A DNA stretch of 64,000 bases from Octopus sinensis. Its lineage: Eukaryota. Shown here piece after piece: positions 60,801 to 64,000 of this stretch. Positions within the stretch are counted from its first letter, which is position 1. Each line of letters starts with the position of its first letter. The stretch is taken from positions 25,544,001 through 25,608,000 of the forward strand of contig NC_043004.1 in NCBI RefSeq assembly GCF_006345805.1. Reading direction: 5' to 3'. The notes under the pieces are model-generated. The model saw only the letters and a program-made list of their open reading frames with translations. It made no database searches and had not been told where the DNA came from. Position numbers and translations under genes: made by a program.

Positions 60801-61455
60801 CCCTTTCGTTACTATATTTCTGACCAAAATACACCCCTTATGTGTTTCAATTAATTTCTAACGTAATCATAAATTTAGTCTGGTTTCATTACAACAATAA
60901 CTTTTTTATTTATGAATATATTAATCTGATTTTGGAAGATAATTTAGTGAAATGTTCTCAACCAATTCTATACTATAATTTTTGTCACAAAGTGACTCTA
61001 ATTGCAGGTAGATACAGGTAAATTCAACAATATATAAAATTATTAAAATTTTGTTCAAACATCGCTATAGAAAATGGGTTATTAGCTAATATTCAATTGG
61101 GTATACAACAAAATTTTACGATAGAATTTGTTATTCTGGGTAACTTTCTGATACCCATAATAATATTTATGGCAAAATAGGCCTTAATTTCATTTAAGGT
61201 TGTGGGAAATAACAAACTATCCTTTCTTTCGTTTTGTTTACGTTTAGCGTAACGTTTCGTTTCCACCGTAATGATTTCAAATGGGCTCATTCGAAAAAGT
61301 AAATAGAAATAGTTTAAGGCTTTACTCTTCTGGGAAAGTCTGTGGCTTGGTGCAGTTTCTTCAGAAAAATCACCGAAAGAAACAGTTTTTAAATTTTCAC
61401 TCCATTCAGGTACCAATTCAGTTTCTTAATCGCTGTCGGATTCACTGTTTTCACT
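60801..61455 (-). mobile_element. piggyBac-like element 3' part with a transposase N-terminal fragment
   Basis: TTAA|CCCTTTCGTTAC end; ORF 61093-61416 ALNYFYLLF...IITVETKRYA...TTLNEIKAYFAINIIMGIRKLP (PGBD/DDE_Tnp_1_7 N-terminus). Confidence 0.75.
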
Positions 61456-61773
61456 TTAATAGCTGCCAACTTGCAAAGACAAAGGAGGAGAAGGGTGATA
61501 GCGTCAGTGAAACAGTTCACTCCCTTTGTGTGTGTGTGCGTTTGCGTGTGGTGTAAGCCACACTAAGAAAAACATTTGACATATACACCAGAATGTGAGT
61601 TTTCTGTAAATTTTGCTTAATTGGGGTTGAAATTTTAAAAAGTGGACCTGGCACGACCCGATGCATTCTACTCTTAAAAATGCTAGGTAAATTGTAATTG
61701 AAGAAATCCTATATTGTAGATTTCTATAAGATACAAAGGGAGGCAGATAAAATCTGCCTTTTATAATAAGAGA
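61452..61773 (-). mobile_element. Helitron family B 5' fragment
   Basis: Reverse complement of the first 300 bp of 59245-59985. Confidence 0.75.
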
Positions 61774-61916
61774 TTCATATATACACAGATGTATGTATAA
61801 TGTGTGTGTATATATTTCCATAGACGTAACCATTCACTCCGCACAAAGTTTTTTTAGGACGAAAATAAGATCTAAAGTTATCTCTAAGTAGCAGAAAGAT
61901 CGCCCAAAAGTGTATA

Positions 61917-62190
61917 TCTCTTATTATAAACGGCAGATTTTATCTGCCTCCCTTTGTCACTTATAGAAATCTACAATATAGGATTTCTTCAATTACAATT
62001 TACCTAGCATTTTAAAGAGTAGAATGCATCGGGTCATGCCAGGTCCAGTTTTTAAAATTTAAACTCCAATTAAGCAAAATTTACAGAAAACTCACATTCT
62101 GGTGTGTATGTCAAATGCTTTTCTTAGTCTGGTTTACAGCACACACAAACGCACACACACAGTGTGCAACGAATAAAATGAAACTAATTC
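61917..62190 (+). mobile_element. Helitron family B 5' fragment
   Basis: A|TCTCTTATTATAAACGGCAGATTTTATCTGCC..., head-to-head with 61452-61773. Confidence 0.75.
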
Positions 62191-62440
62191 ACTGTGTGTG
62201 TTGACAGGTAGACAATAGAATGCGATGGCAATGGCGATGTAATATTTGTTTCTGTCTATCACGCTGATAGATACATGAGTAAAATGTATGGCAAGCTAAG
62301 AGATAAGAGTGAGTGAAAATGTTCTTGGAAGAGAGTAAATAGCAACAGAGTGATTTGAGGAAGACTAAACTGAAAGTATGAAACAGTGTTTATGTATAAA
62401 CAGACGACACTTATATATAGTTATGTATGCATCTGTTTAA

Positions 62441-62766
62441 CCCTTTCGTTACCAAACTGCCCGAATTTACCTATTCATATTTAAATGAAAATATCAGAGT
62501 AAATCTCTTTAGTACATTCGTGAAAATACGTATTATACTTCGTAAACACTTCAAATACAGTTTTGTACAAAAATCGAAGTGTAATTTTAATTCCGTGAAT
62601 TATGGGAGATTTTTTTCCGAAATTTGTTCCTATTGTGTTTTCAAAATTTGTAATTCTGACAAAAAATGGATACGAATTTCATTATATCAAGCAGCGAGTC
62701 AGAATTCGAAGGATTTTCTACTGAAGACCTTCATAAATCTAACTCTATGACTGAAAAAAAAAAGCA
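62441..62766 (+). mobile_element. piggyBac-like element 5' end with transposase start
   Basis: TTAA|CCCTTTCGTTAC, the same terminus as 60801; ATG at 62666 gives MDTNFIISSSESEFEGFSTEDL (acidic piggyBac-type N-terminus); cut off by a Helitron. Confidence 0.65.
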
Positions 62767-63167
62767 TCTTTATATAAGAGTGAAGTTGTGTGTCTGTCTC
62801 CTACGATTTAGATTCGTAACTACTCCCACATTTTGCGGTGCAGTTTAACCAAAAGCGGGTATCTTATAGTCGTGATTCATATCGAGCCTTTCTGGGTATT
62901 AGCGCGCGTCTACGATGATCTATCTAACGATTTAAAAAAAATTTACCATCATATTTTTCCATTTTAATGCATTTTTTTCGCTATTATATAAGGGAAGTAA
63001 CTCACTTAAAATATCTACGATGTGTCAACGATTTAAAAAAAAAATTTACCTTAATTTTTTTTCAATTTTTAATGCATTTTTTTGCTATTTTTTTGGCTAT
63101 AACTCTCTAAAAATGCTTATATAGTTATTTCCCTTACAACCCGAGCAACGCCGGGCGATACTGCTAG
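62767..63167 (+). mobile_element. Non-autonomous Helitron family A
   Basis: A|TC ... CCCGAGCAACGCCGGG ... CTAG|T. Confidence 0.85.
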
Positions 63168-63446
63168 TAGATATATAAATGTATTTATATATTCATCTAT
63201 GCACACATGTATGTATAACGTGTGTGTATATATTTCCATAGAGGTAACCATTCACTCCATACAAAGTTTTTTATGACGAAAATAAGATCTAAAGTTATCT
63301 CTAAGAAACAGAAAGATCGCCCAAAAGTGTATATAGATATTTAAATGTATTTATATTCATCTATACACACTTGTATGTATAATGTGCGTGTATATATTTC
63401 CATAGAGGTAACCAATCAATCCATGCAAAGTTTTTTAGGACGAAAA

Positions 63447-64000
63447 TCTTTATATATAAAAGAAAGTTGTGTGTGTCTACTCCGATTTAGATTCCTAACT
63501 ACTCCCACATTTTGCGATGCAGTTTAACCAAAACCGGGTATCTTATAGTCGTGATTCATATCGACCCCTTCTGGGTATTAGCGCGCGTCTACGATGAGTC
63601 TACTACGATTTTACAAATAATTTACCATCATTTTTTTCCATTTTAATGCATATTTTTTTAATTAAGGGAAGTAACTCTCAAAGTTCACACCAATATGCGT
63701 GCTCATATGCGACGTAATATCACATCAGCAGCATTTCCTCACACCCTCCTTGCACTTGGCGAAGGCAAAATACCAGGGGATGAAAATGGTAATATTGCCA
63801 TCGATTCCATTTGTACCATTGTTAAGACGCCTTCTGATCTCAGAGATGCAGTGTTCCCAGATCTACAAGCTAATTATCAGAATATGGATTGGATTGGCAA
63901 AAAGGCTATACTGGCCCCGAGGAATAAACTGTTCACCATATTAATGATGAAATGCTAAAACTCATTCCTGGGGAAGTCTATGTATATCAGTCTATCGATA
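63447..64000 (+). mobile_element. Helitron family A 5' end joined to a PIF1-type Helitron helicase fragment
   Basis: First 230 bp or so match family A; then TNMRAH...LLALGEGK...VFPDLQANYQNMDWIGKKAILAPRN (frameshift) INDEMLKLIPGEVYVYQSID. Confidence 0.8.

Overview
AT-rich, microsatellite-laden, transposon-dense animal genomic DNA. The SINE, RTE-tail and Helitron families look like those of Octopus or another coleoid cephalopod (inferred from family recognition, no search run). No complete host gene, rRNA, true tRNA gene or CRISPR array can be supported. Most of the window is decayed mobile DNA: mariner and maT/DD37D-like Tc1 elements, a DD81E (Sailor-like) element, hAT (Buster/Charlie-like), piggyBac, two non-autonomous Helitron families plus a PIF1-type Helitron helicase fragment, a scrambled Gypsy, Penelope-like fragments, RTE, RTE-BovB-like and CR1-like LINEs, and several tRNA-derived SINE families. 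The most unusual signal is a 132-bp tandem array (24663-25291) carrying five perfect AGGTCAnnnTGACCT estrogen-response-element palindromes. It was copied from an older 55-bp degenerate repeat 3 kb upstream that holds a sixth. Other leads: a second nuclear-receptor palindrome cluster near 16.0-16.15 kb, several template-switch/fold-back scars, a nested Helitron/piggyBac tangle at 59-64 kb, and three weakly supported phase-compatible micro-exons that may mark a long-intron host gene.
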